In this document: in pieces, positions 1 to 13,630 of the stretch
Layout of the letters: each line of letters starts with the position of its first letter
How positions within the stretch are numbered: the first letter of the stretch is position 1
Origin: the human T2T-CHM13v2.0 reference genome, Homo sapiens
NCBI RefSeq assembly: GCF_009914755.1
Contig: NC_060929.1
Length of the DNA stretch: 64,000 nucleotides
Reading direction: 5' to 3' (one strand)
Translations under genes and position numbers: made by a program
Notes under the pieces: generated by a model
What the model saw: only the letters and a program-made list of their open reading frames with translations
The model's database searches: none
What the model was told of the DNA's origin: nothing

Positions 1-129
1 CCACATTTTTACTTTTTCTATTGCTCTTGCTTCAATTTCCTGCATTTATGTGGTTACATGTGTCTGACAAATTCTTTGAACTTTTAAAATTACAGGCCTA
101 CTAGCAATATATTTTTATTTATAATAAAA

Positions 130-345
130 TGCACTTATTTTGCCTTCACTTTTGAATATTTTTTCTAGACATGAAATTTTAGACTGGTAGATTTTTTTTT
201 TAGTACTTTAAAGATATCACTCCTTTATTTTCTGGTTTTCATCATTTCTGTTCAAAATTAACTTTAATATTTTGTTAGCTTCTTTGAAGATAAAGTTTTC
301 TTTTAGCCGATTAGTTAGTAGTTTGTCTTTGGTTTCAGCACATTT
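130..345 (-). mobile_element. Old L1M (L1MC/ME-type) ORF1-region fragment
   Basis: TTTTGCCTTCACTTTTGAA...AGTACTTTAAAGATATCACTCC...TTCTGG resembles antisense old L1M. Confidence 0.55.
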
Positions 346-478
346 TAAAATAATTAGTCCTGGGCTTTTTTTTTTTTTTTGAAATTTTTTTTTCAAAAAA
401 ACTTTAGTTCTCTCCTCCTAAATCTAAGGTACAGATATGCTCCTTGAACTTTTTGGAAGATAGAAGCTTAAATCTCTG

Positions 479-788
<310 letters not shown>

Positions 789-967
789 CTTAAATCTCTG
801 AATTTAGTGCTAATTTGTGAATAGATTTTAAAACTTTTAATTTAATGTATTTAATTGTAAGATAAAACATTTTTCACTTAGGCGTTAGTTCTGGTAATAT
901 CTATTTTTCTACAAAATTATTAATTTCATTTGAATTTTCAGATTTATTGCCAAAAGTATTTTTAGTA

Positions 968-1060
968 TTCTTTCCTTCCTTCCTTCGTTCCTTTCTTCCT
1001 TTCATCCTTTCTTTTTTTCCTCTCTCAGTATCTTCCTTCTTTTCCTTGTTTTCCTTTATT
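968..1060. repeat. (TTCC)n / CT-rich low complexity
   Basis: Polypyrimidine run with TTCC units. Confidence 0.8.
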
Positions 1061-1874
1061 CTACGTTAGTGATAGGATTGTAATTTTAACATGTATTTTA
1101 TAAAGAATTTCTGTAAATTAATTTTGGAAGGGAAGACCATGTGACTTTAGTAATGTAGCAATGATATAACCGACAATAATCACGTTGCCCAAAAGGCAGA
1201 TGCAGACAGATCCATGAGGAAATTTTTACACTATCAAGAAACAAAACAGATAGTTAGTAGATTACTTCCCTGAGGCAACCAGACTCCCTTTTTGTGGAAT
1301 GGTGGTGGTGTATAACTTATTTATTTTCCTATCCTAATTTGTTTTAATTTCTCTAAATTTTAGTCCATGTTTGTTTTCATCCATTTTCCTTTTCCCTCAT
1401 TTTTGGGGAGAATGCAAGACCCTTGTTAGATCACCTGCCATTATAGAAGAAAGAATTCAGTTTTGAACATTTTGATAAATGAAGTAAGAACAATAAATAT
1501 GCCAAGATTAAAAAACCCATAAATATGTGTCACTCAAACAGATGTACACTATAGAGTTGCCATAGCCCTTTTCCAGTCTATTGTAGTATTTTTAGCAGTT
1601 TCTCCTTTAGTTTGAACAACTCCTCTATGTTTGCAGATGAGAATTTATCTGTTTTGGAGCTGATTGTGGGCTGAGGCATACAGACAAGTGATCTAGCGAT
1701 TATTTTCCTTGGCTATGCCATCCTTAACAAATCTTGCTCTCATAATGATGCAGAAATAATTTCTTTCAATAACCATTTAAGGATTACTATATTACCAGAA
1801 GGTGGGGTAATATATTTTGGTTTGGTTCCTCCTCCTTTAGGCAGAAAGCTATGGATATTTCAAGGCTTATCTCT

Positions 1875-2028
1875 TTTCTTTCTCTTCTTTCAGGAATTCC
1901 ATTCTGAGGCTGCTTATTGTCCAATGTCTGCATATAATTGCTTCATATATTTTGTTCACTTTCCCAGTTGTTTATAGAGAAAGGCAAATCTGATGTCAGC
2001 TACTCCACCAAGGATGGAAGCAGAAGCA
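1875..2028 (-). mobile_element. Old L1ME-type 5' end fragment
   Basis: CAGTTGTTTATAG...GGCAAATCTG...TACTCCACCAAGGATGGAAGCAGAAG resembles the antisense L1M 5' terminus. Confidence 0.5.
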
Positions 2029-2768
2029 CTAACCAGTACAATTAAAAGTTAACTAAGAATTAGTATTTCCTGAATTATGGAATGAGGCTTCTGATTTTTC
2101 TCAAATGATACTTAGAATGTAAAGTGTATTCCAAATATGATACAGAAATGCATCAACTTTAGCTTATAGACCAAACTCCTTAGTAATGATTCTTTGCCTC
2201 TACATTTTAAAGGATACACGAATTGGATTCTTTCTCCTGTGAAAGACAGTCAAAACTCTGGCTTTTTTAACAGAAGGCAGATTGTTAGCAATAAAATGGA
2301 TATTGATTGAACTCACTAAGTATTTCCCTGAGAAAACTATCAGTGAATTGACAAAACTAGAACCATGTTAAAAATATACATGTGCAACTCAGAGAACAGA
2401 TGGAATAAATAACAGGAATTTAGAAACAATTTTTTAAATCCTTGGTGTTTTTCTCATGCTTCAGAACTGCCAGTCATACTCTCTAAATCACAGTAATATT
2501 GAATTTAAAACAAAATCTGGTTTGCATATCTTTACTATCTGATATGACACAGTGTAGTTAATGTGACATTTATAAAAACAAATGTCCTATTAAATAGATT
2601 GTATTAGTCATCCAGATAGTGTTTACCTATTTCCTGAAACACTGAAGGAGAGTAAGAGAGAGGAAATGGTGTAAAAGATAGCTTGGGTTTTTCTGGATAC
2701 CATAGACCTACCATTATACTACTATACTCATGCCCATTAACTACTCATCTGTATCAACTACCAACTAG

Positions 2769-3148
<380 letters not shown>

Positions 3149-3885
3149 ATTTTCTCATATTCTTAAATCTTCCTAAGTAACCCTGTTAAGGGCTTTCTGT
3201 CATATTGAGGCTAAGAGCAGAAGATCCCTATTAAACTGACAAAATGTTGATAATTGTTGAAGGTAGGTAATGGATTCAGGGGGATAGTTTACTGTATTCC
3301 TCAACATCAGCCTTCTGGTTTATCTTTCTCTGATTTGCACCCTGGCTTCAGCTTCAGGGGGTTTTGTTTCTCCAGTGAGGCCCTTTATCAACTTGGCTTC
3401 CTACCCCTTTCACCTACAGAGCTATAGTCATTTTTTATCTCCATTTATCTCTGTTGACAATTCCAGTCTTACAGCTCTTTCTCTTCCACTTATCTCAGTA
3501 TTATGAACCTAGAATGTACTGTTACCATAAAATCCTTATTTATTCTTGGAGTCCCTCTCTCCTTTCAGCACTTTTGTTGTGGACTCATGACCTGTAGCCA
3601 TTTCACAGTGACTTTTATCAGGACTTTCAGATCCTTCAGCCCTCACTGGGTTAGTCCTCTGTGCACTGCCTGGCTTCCTTATGCCTGATCTCAATCTTCT
3701 GAGTATTTTTGAGGATAATTCGACTGCACATTCATGCTGTCTGGTTGTGGCTGGATGCTTACAGCTGTTTGGCATCCAACTTACTTATTCATCACACTTT
3801 ACTGGCAACCGCATGCAGATACTGACCGTGATACTGGTTTCCTTATTCCCAAAAGATGACTTATCTTGTAATTTAAAGATGGCCC

Positions 3886-4240
<355 letters not shown>

Positions 4241-4318
4241 TTATTCACAATAGCTAAGATATGGAAACTATTGAAGTTTTCACTGATGGACGAATGGATA
4301 AAGAAATTGTGGTATGTG

Positions 4319-4422
4319 GTGTATATATATATACAATATATATACACAAACACGTATATATATTCCACTGTGCACGTGCGCACACACACACACACATATA
4401 TATGTGTATATATATATATATG
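4319..4422. repeat. (TA)n/(CA)n compound microsatellite inside L1MA
   Basis: Alternating purine-pyrimidine tract. Confidence 0.85.
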
Positions 4423-4774
4423 AAATGGAATATTTTGCAGCCTTAACAAAAAAGATTCTACCATTTTGGAAAACATGGATGAATCCAGAAGACACTATGA
4501 TAAGTAAAATAAGCCACACAAGGAAAAAAAATATTCTACATGATCTCACTTATAGGTGGAATCTTAAAAAAAATTGAATATATATAAACAGAGATTAAAA
4601 TGGTGATTACCAGAGACGCGCAGGCAGGGGTAGTGGTGGGAAATGGGTAGTTATAGGTGAAAGGGTACAAAGTGGCTGTTATGTAGGATCAATAAGTCTA
4701 GAGTTCTAATTACAACATAAGCACTATAGTTAATAATATTGTATACTGGTAATTTGTAAGTAATTTTAGGTACT

Positions 4775-5198
4775 TGATATGGTTTGGATTTGTGTCCCCA
4801 TCCAAATCTCATATTGAATTGTAATCCCCAATATTGGAGGAGGGGCCTGGTGAGAGGTGATTTGATCATGGGGGAGGATTTTCCCCTTGTGGTTCTAGTG
4901 ACAGTGAGTGAGTTCTCACAAGATCTTTTAAAAAGAACTGTAGTGTAATTTAAAAAACAAGATCTGGTTGTTTAAAAGTGTGTAGCACCTCCCCCTTCAC
5001 TCTGTTCCTCCTGCTCTAGCCATGTAGGGCATGCCTGCTTCCCCTTTGCCTTCTACCCTATGACTGTAAGCTTCCTGAGGCCTGCCCAGTCATGCTTCTT
5101 GTACAGTCCATGGAACTGTGAGCCAATTAAACCTCTTTTCTTTATAAAGTACCCAGTCTCAGGTATCCTTTGTAGTAATGCAAGAATGGACTAGTACA
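4775..5198 (+). mobile_element. MaLR solo LTR (MSTA/THE1D-like)
   Basis: TGATATGGTTTGGATTTGTGTCCCC...GGACTAGTACA; 5-bp TSD GTACT at 4770-4774 and 5199-5203. Confidence 0.93.
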
Positions 5199-5215
5199 GT
5201 ACTTTTGTCACAAAA

Positions 5216-5257
5216 AAGAAGAAGGAGGAGGAGGAGGAGCAGGAGGAGGAGGAGGAT
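5216..5257. repeat. (GAA)/(GGA)n trinucleotide repeat
   Basis: Visible tandem GGA units. Confidence 0.9.
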
Positions 5258-5748
5258 GGTGACTATGAGATGATAGATATGTTAATTTTCTTGACTCTAG
5301 TAATCATTTCACTATGTATATTTATATCAATATAAGTATGTCAAAACATCATGCCATACATCTTAAATAAATATAATGAAGAATATTTCTAAGAGAAGTC
5401 ATCAAGATAAATAAATATAAATTCTCTCAACTTCCTTTTTTCCTTACAAAGATTTTGCTATATCTTTTCCATTTACTATTTTCTCTAAATGTCTGAGAAT
5501 TATGGCCCTTCTCATTTCTAAGGATAAACCCTCCATACAATGCTCAAGTCTTTGCAATCTTAAAAACCTGAATTTTAATTTTGCTACAGTCTCAACACAT
5601 TACTCTACCTGTGTCTTTGCTTCTGGATGTCTACTTCCTCACTGCCTACCCACTTTTTTACCCTTTAGTCACCTGGTGGGCCTGCGGTCACCAAATCTCA
5701 CAACCTGTGATTGCTCATTGTTCTCCTCATATTGCTGCTAATCACCTT

Positions 5749-6168
5749 TGTGTTGGTCCGTTCTTGTGTTGCTATTTAAAAAGAAAATCTGTGACTGAGT
5801 AATTTATAAAAGGAAGAGGTTTAACTTGGCTCAAAGTTCTTCAGGCTGTATAGGCATGGCACCAACATCTGCTCAGCTCCTGGTGAGGGCTTCAGGAAGC
5901 TTGCAATCATGGTGGGAGGTGAAGGGGAGCTAGAACATCACATGGAGCAGGAGCAAGAGAGAGAGAAGGGGGAGGCACCAGACTCTTCTAAATAACCAGA
6001 TCTCACATGAACAAATAGGAAGAACTCACTTATCACCAAGGTGATGGTGGTAAACCATTCATTCAAGAGCCACCTCCATGATCCGATCATTTTTCACCAG
6101 GCCCCACCTCTAACAGGAATCACATTTCAACATGAGATTGGAGAAGACAAAACATCCAAACGGTAGCA
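5749..6168 (-). mobile_element. MaLR solo LTR (MSTA/MSTB-like)
   Basis: TAATTTATAAAAGGAAGAGGTTTAA...TTTCAACATGAGATTGG...ATCCAAACGGTAGCA. Confidence 0.9.
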
Positions 6169-7586
6169 ACCACCTCTTTGGAATTTGTTTCTTTCTACTT
6201 TTAAACTCCTAAATCCTCCCTGACTGAATGAAACTGACAAAGTGTCCAGGCAAGCCCAAGATGAAAGAAGCTGATTGTACTCATTACAGTGCTCGAGACT
6301 TGGGCTTGGAGGCGCAGGCTCTTATATTATCTGGAAGCCCGTCCAGTAAGGTTAATGCCAAACCTGGAGGACACAAAGGAAAGGTCATAACTGGAGTTAT
6401 GGAGCCATTATTTAGAGCTGAGAACACTTTATCACAGCAAAAGCCACTGGAATTAAGCAGGGAATGTGCAGTTGGAGAAGATAGTCCTGAGTGATAGCTT
6501 GCCATTTGCTCATGTTTGAGGATTGCCTCTGTGGGCTGACAAGGGGGCATCATGCATGGGTAAGCCTGTCTAGTTTTAAGGCTATGGCTGCATCAGCCAC
6601 GTCACTGTTTTGAGAATCTCTTTTAGGCAGGGTTGAGGTGGCTCATCTTTATGTTTTCCCAGTGGAATTATTTGATGTGGTCAAGTGAATTCTTAAAATA
6701 GGACTCTTATTACTAAATAAGTTCTTTAGTCTCCACCCTTTCAATTGCTTCAAGAATTGGTGCTATAAGGATTCAAAAATTTCTATCACTTCCTAATCAG
6801 GTTTCCTACTTCTGGTCAAATGGGCCGAACATGGGTCTATGTTATCTTTAAAAGACAGTCAGGAGAGACTGAGGACCAGGTTAAGGCTAAGTTGCAGGCA
6901 GTTAGTGATAGATATTACTAGCTGAAAGGATTCCCTCTATCAGCAACTCAGTTGAGGATGCTTAGTGAATCAGGGAATGTTATCATCTATTAGTGATCTG
7001 GGCAGTGGCAAGAGAAGTAGACAGATTGGATCAGGTGATTAAAGAGTGAGGTTTTGCTCTGCAAAACTTCCTGATGTTCTGGGTTTCTGAAAGCCTCACT
7101 CAATTCCATAGATACATAAAATCTGACCTCTCATTCACAGGTAGGAACTATTAATAGCATTCACGGATTGTGAGTGTACAATGAGATTCAAGTGCTTCAC
7201 ACTTTGCCTATAGGCAATGTTGCAAACAAGCATGTTTTCTACGTGAGTGGTGTATGTGTGTGTGTCTACCATGATTTTCTCAACTTACTGCAGCCATTTT
7301 TCTGTATTATCATTGTGCTTTTTGATAGCAATGACCTTGACATTCTCTTTCAGTTGAAGATTTACAGTAGCTTTGACAACAGTGATACTACTGTTCTACT
7401 GGCTAGCCATTTAGGACTGCAATTTGATCAGAGGTAAAGAAAAGAACATTACCTCCAAGTCAAGCATACAGACAAACCTCCATTGTTGAGCATTCACTCT
7501 TTGCATCAATTTCTTTCCTTAGTAAATACTATTCACCCCCATTATATTACTCTGCTGTACAACCACATTAAATGGTATATCTTGAA

Positions 7587-7700
7587 AAATGCTTTCATTG
7601 CCCAGGGTTGTTCAGTGGTCCCATTGGATTATTTTATGTACTTGTATTAATTGTAGTCATTGCTGTTAATGCTATATGCGCTCCCATTCCCTTTCTATTG
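7587..7700 (+). repeat. Copy 1 of a 114-bp local direct duplication (copy 2 at 9543-9656)
   Basis: Ungapped by-eye alignment, about 10 mismatches in 114. Confidence 0.95.
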
Positions 7701-8744
7701 CCTTGTATTAATTTGATTACCCAAGGTGGCTTTGGTTGGGAGTACTATATACAATAAGGTGTATTATTAGCAGTAGTTTTTAAAATCATTTACAAGCAAA
7801 TTGCTATGTCAATGCCCCATAATAATGTTGACTACTTTTATTCTTCTCAAAGTCCTTTTTATTCCTTCAGGAATAAGTCACACTCTTAAGAACCTGTGCT
7901 CTAAACTAAAATATGAACCAGTGTGCATCATAATGGAGCCCCCTCCAGGGTAATAACATTATTTCCATTCTAAGGGGACTGTACATTTAACAGTCATAAG
8001 AAAAGAATCCATGCCTTGCTTCACAGCTGTGCCACAGTCTTTTTATTTTAAGTCTTTCCTTCTGTTGAGGGGAACTGAGGTTTGTTTTTGAACTTGGGAG
8101 GACATTTTCAAGAATATTTTCTTTTCTCCCTAATCTCTACATGAGCTGCCTATGTTAGCTGTGCTACTCTGATTCTTAGTTTACTACTTTAATTTGTCCA
8201 CTCTTGCTCTGTTAGTCTCTTAAAACATCTAAGTCCTTTAAATATCGCATTTCTGGTCGACACCTCCCACTCTCCTGCCCATATGATACTATCAGAAACT
8301 TTAAAGTGGAAATATTTTCCTTTCCAGGACAGTTCTTCAGTGTCAGCATAGAACGAGTTTTAGCCCTGATAATGTATAGTCGGGATGAATTAGAGAATCT
8401 TCCCTTTACTATTACTGTTTGGGCTGACTCTGTAAGAACCACTCAGAGAGGAGAAAAAGCAACTTCCTTCCCCAGATCATGAGCCTACATCAGGCAAAAG
8501 AGAGTTTTTTAGCTTTAGGGAGTAGAAACCAAGAGAATTTAAGTTTGCCTCAAGACGGGAACAGCTTGTGCCTAGTGGGAAATTGCATTGTTGACACTTT
8601 GATAATGATCAGATCCTGACTTAAGTTCTAATAATAGCTCCTATTCATCACGCTTTTACTATGAGCCAGGTCTATATAAAGGTACTTTAAATATGTAGCA
8701 GTTGCAAATTTGAGCCTATAATGCAGATTGTGTAAACATATCAT

Positions 8745-9470
8745 CTTTTTTAAAAAATTGAGGTGTAATTTAATTCACACTTACAAGGGTAAAATTCAAC
8801 AACCATTAGTAGATTCACAAGGTTGTACAATCATCAACATTATCTAATTCCAGAGAATTTTAATGACTCAAGGAAGAAACTCCATGACCATTAACAGCCT
8901 CTCCCTATTTCCTCCTCTTCCCAGACCCTAATGTCTAACAATTTACTTTCTGTCTTTGTAGAGCTGCTTATGTTAGGCTTTTATATAAATGGAATCATAC
9001 AATATGTAAACTTTTGTGTCTGGCTTCTTTCACTTAGCATAATGTTTTCAAGCTTCATCCATGTTGAAACATGAATTAGTACTTCATTCCTTTTTATGGC
9101 CGAATGATATTCCATTGTATGGATATACCAGATTTTGTGTATTGATTCATCAGTTGATGGACATTTGGGTTGTTTCCAGTTTGGGCCTATTATGGATAAT
9201 GCTGCCATGAATATTTGTGTACAAGTTTTTGAACATTCGTATACATATGTTTTCATTTCTCTTGCATGAAATATAATTGCTGGGCCATATGGCAACTATG
9301 TTTAACTTTTCAAGGAACTGCCAAACTGTTTTCCAAAGCAGCTGCACCATCTAATTCCCACAAGCAATATACAAGGATTCTAATTTCTACACATCTTCAC
9401 CAACATGTTATTATCTATCTTTATTATTATAACTATCCTGGAGGGTGTGAGGTGTATCTAAATGTGGTCA
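8745..9470 (-). mobile_element. L1MB-type 3' end
   Basis: Antisense ORF2 C-terminus (WKQPKCPSTDE...WMKLENIMLSERSQTQK in ORF 8981-9295) plus L1MB 3'UTR. Confidence 0.92.
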
Positions 9471-9499
9471 TGTCTTATCTCTTATTGTGTATAAGTCAA

Positions 9500-9747
9500 C
9501 TTACTTTCTGTTGTAAGCTTCTATCCTGCCAGGCTTGGATAGAAATGCTTTTATTGCCCAGGATTGTTCAGTGGTCCCATTGGATTATTTTACATACTTG
9601 TGTTAATTGTAGTCATTGCTGTTAATGCTATAGGCTCTCCTGTTCCGTTTCTATTGGTTGGATAGAAGCAAGTTTGGATAGAAGCTTGGCAGGATAGAAG
9701 CTTACAATAGAAAGTAAGCTCAGCAAAATCGTAAGTTCAGCAAAATC
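9500..9747. repeat. Inverted-repeat-flanked duplicated segment with iterated short motifs
   Basis: IR arms at 9500-9536 and 9682-9718 (2 mismatches) enclose copy 2 (9543-9656); four GGATAGAA motifs; 17-bp tandem at 9714-9747. Confidence 0.92.
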
Positions 9748-10494
9748 AGTGAACTCAGTGGTTTTTCAGTGTTTGTTATGTGAGGTCATGTTGAGGTCCT
9801 AGAAAACGTACACAGTCCTGGATATCAATAGGTCAAAAACTAAGCTGTTTGGTCACTGAATTGTCTACACAGATAACTCCTAAGTCATTTTAGCCCACAT
9901 GGCCATCATATGTTATATCTACCCCTCTTAAAGCACTCAAACGTTTTGTGAGACGGCTTATTGTTCGTTGGCATAGGGGCGTCGTGTACCTATGTTTTAT
10001 TTTTTCTTCTTTTTCTATTGAAAACACAGGTGAATAATTGCACTATATACATGAATCTCGGGCCTTGCATGTGCTGCTTCAAGTCAGGAAAAGTATAATT
10101 GTACTGTGTGTAAAAGCCAAAAAATCTGGATTTAAAAAATCTTTTAGGTACAAACTTAACCATGGTGGCTCAATTTGCAGAAGGATGAGTTGAATCCAAT
10201 ATTAGGAGGAGGCATTGAGTGTGGCAGGGGCACCATTGTCCTTCATTTGAGGACAATGTCTTGGTTACTGAAGTTTGTCATGCTAGACTTTTCTGAGATA
10301 TTTACCTGCTTCTGCCATCCCAATAGTTGTGTCCAGGTTGGCCGTGTCCCACTGCACTTGGCTCAGAGACCACATACCCTCTTTACCCTCTTTTTAATGC
10401 TGATCTCACCCAGGGAAGTCAGGTAATATAGGCAAATAGGTGAATTTACTTTTTGCAGCTGCTGCCTTTTCTTCCAATGCGTTTCCTCCATATA

Positions 10495-10560
10495 TTAGGT
10501 TTGCAGTTTTTGCCATTGAAAGTAATTGCAAAAACTGCAATTACCTTTGCACCAAACTAA
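10495..10560. mobile_element. MADE1 (Hsmar1-derived MITE) with partial deletion of the left TIR
   Basis: TA-TTAGGTT...TTTTTGCCATT...GCAAAAACTGCAATTACCTTTGCACCAAACTAA-TA. Confidence 0.9.
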
Positions 10561-10800
10561 TAGTAGCACAGGCTCCACTCTGCCTGCACTTCTGTCATCA
10601 AAATGTGCTCCTCAAAATGCTACCATCAGTCATTCTTATTCTCTATCAATTCAACTACATTTACCAGGAATGTATTTGTATTTTAAGAAGCTTCATTTTG
10701 CATAGTGGTAAAAATACTTTTCTTTATTAACAAGAAATTAAATTTCAGTGGGGCAGACTAGCTTATGGGTTGATTTGCTTAGAGTCGGATTTGTGTTAGG

Positions 10801-11055
10801 GATAATAACGAATGCTAACATTTGAAGAACACTTAATTCCATGTTAGGCAAGAGCTAATGCTTTATATGTATTATTTCACTTGATAACTAACAACAGCCC
10901 TTAGATACAGGTATTATTATGATATTTTACAAGAGAGAACATGAGACTTAGCAATGTTAAGTGATTTTCCCCAGGTTGCTTGGTTAATAATTGATGGGGC
11001 TAGAATTTTGATCCAGGACTGTTTGACTCCAAAGTCCTGTCTTGTTAGCCATTGT
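10801..11055 (-). mobile_element. MIR
   Basis: ATTTTACAAGAGAGAACATGAGACTTAG...TTAAGTGATTTTCCCCAGG...GACTCCAAAG. Confidence 0.85.
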
Positions 11056-11314
11056 CTCCTTTCATGCTTAACACTGAGATCTCAAAGACAGGTAGGTATG
11101 CTGTACCTGGAAATTAGCGAGTTTCCAGTAAAGACAGAGAGTTACTGTAGATTAGGTAGAAGAAGTATAAAGTATTTTAAGTATTATTTAAAAGAGGTTT
11201 GATAAGTGCCCCATCCTAAAATATTTCCAGCTCCAAACTTTCATCTTCCCAAGGAATAGTTTATAATTAGATTCTTTGGAGACAGGCTTTCAGATTTCAA
11301 TAGTTCATATTTCC

Positions 11315-11316
<2 letters not shown>

Positions 11317-11352
<36 letters not shown>

Positions 11353-11358
11353 TGTGTG
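11317..11358. repeat. (TG)n microsatellite
   Basis: Tandem TG with one interruption. Confidence 0.95.
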
Positions 11359-12142
11359 TTTATGATAGAGCCCATCATACCTTTAGCCATTGCCAGTTAG
11401 CTAGCTTCCATTTTTAGCAGGGATTAATTTATGAATCAGTGCTGAAGAACTGGAACACAGATGGACTCACTTTCTGAACAAAAAAGAGGTGGAGGGTGGA
11501 GGCTATGCAAAGACCAGGGTAAAGCGCATTCTACAGGAGGCAAATCTCTTCCTTATTAACTTGTCTATTGACACAGATAGTTGCAAAAGTAGTCCAAGGG
11601 CTGAAAGAAATAGGAAATGTCTCTTGATATGACAAAGAGAAGGGTTGCCTGCAATGTAGTGATGAAAATAGAAGTAGTTAGTGCTGTGGTTTATGCCGAA
11701 GCAGAGAGGCAGCTTAGAGAAGGCAGTGTATTATACTTTCTAATTATATATTACTGTATTGTCAGCCTTTTCCCATTTTTGGCTTGCTTCTTTCATCTCC
11801 CAAACAGATTCAGTTCTCCATCCTAAAGGAAATTCCATCATTTTCAAACTCTTAAGAGACTGTATTCTCCTCCCACTTTCTTATGTCTCCTTAGACTTTT
11901 CTTCCCCTTGTAATTGGGCTCTGCCTCCACCATCCCACTAGGACTGATTTCACTGAGAACATTAAGAAACAAAGCAAAACAGAACTTCTAATTGTCCTGT
12001 TATTCTAATTGTCCACACTGTTTGCAGCATCTAGCTCTGAAAATTATATCCTCCTCCTTGAAATTGTCTTCTCCCTCATACTGTTTTATTATTGTCTTCA
12101 TTCTGTTTTTTGTTTATGATATTCATGTATTTATCCAATCAA

Positions 12143-12546
12143 TGTATTCATTTGCTAGGGCTGCTGTAACAAAGTCCTACAATCTGGGTGGCTTAAGCAA
12201 CAGAAATGTTGTCTCATAGTTTTGGAGGCTGAAAGTGATTGGTTCCTTGTGAGGGCTGGGAGGGAAGCATCTGCTCCAGGCCTTCCTCCTTGGCTTATAG
12301 ATGGCTATCATTTCCCTGTGTCTTTTCACGTAGTTATTCCTCTATGTATGTCTGTCTATGTGTTCAAATTTCCTCTTAATCATAAGGACACTAGTCATAT
12401 TGGATTGAGGTCTACCCCAATTAGCTCACTTTAATTTGATTACCTTTGGGAAGACCCTATCTCTAAATAAGATCACATCCCAGGATACTGGGGACTGGGA
12501 CTCCAGCATATCTTTTATGTGAGGGGCCATAATTCAATCCATAACA
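12143..12546 (-). mobile_element. MLT1B/C solo LTR
   Basis: TGTATTCATTTGCTAGGGCTGCTGTAACAAAG...CATAATTCAATCCATAACA; flanks ATCAA/TTCAA. Confidence 0.9.
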
Positions 12547-13630
12547 TTCAACAAACTTTTGTTGGTTGTCTCTGATTTTCTAGACATTGAGCTAGTTGGG
12601 AGTTTGTATATATAGGGACCCAGCAGCTACTTTTAAACAGACTCAAATTTAGTGGGGAGACAAACCCAGGCCTGAGGTTGTGTCCTGGTCTTGACTGGAT
12701 GGTGAATGAACACAACGTGCCGGTCGTCTCCCCAGCCCTACCCTAGAGATTCCTCAGTAGTAAAAGAATTTGTAGGAGTCTAAAAAAATGAAAGCAAAGA
12801 CCGTAAGAAACCCTGGGAAGAGCGAGTACAATTGTGACATCACGCATAGGAAGTGACAAGCAGAGGCAGGGAATGGCCAGCTGCCACAGTTGGGGAGAAT
12901 CTTCACTGCGCACTTTGCTCTCTTACATTGCCAGGAATGGCTAATGGGCACTTGTCTTTTTTCTCTCCATAGTGGAATAGGAAAACATTCCAGCCCCAGC
13001 CCTGTTTGTAGGGGTAGGAGATCTTGAGATAATTCTAGGAGTAGGGTACGGTTGGGAGAAGACAGGCACAAGGATAGACTGATTGGCCCACTTTCAGGCA
13101 TTCCTTCCCTTTAGGTTTCCTAGGTGCAGTGTCACTTGCTAAGCAGAAAGCAGTCGGGGGTGATCAAACCCAGATTGTGAACACATTACCAACAACAATA
13201 GCTGATGCCTCCAGGGTAAGGAAGAGTCACAGGCAAAGTAATCAGAGAGTGAACAGCATAGCCAAGAAAAAAGGGAAATCATGAACACCCTGAACAGAAT
13301 CAGAATGAATGGAACAGAGAGATCAAAAATTAGAAATATACACAATAATTATCTTCCAGTTGATAAGAGAAGGTACTGTAATGTGAAGCAGAAACAGGCA
13401 TGTCTGCTTGTAGAGGGAACCTGAGTGTGCATCATTTTGGGAATGGATGATTTAAATATGATAGATCTAACTATAGAATACCATATGGGAAGAGAAAACC
13501 ACAAATTTGATATAAAGCATGAAATAATTCTTATTTTTTAAAAAAAATTAAGTGGAAAAAGTAGGAAATAAAATGAAATTTTAATACAATAATATTTATC
13601 TAAAGGTTTACATATTTATAAAACAAGACC

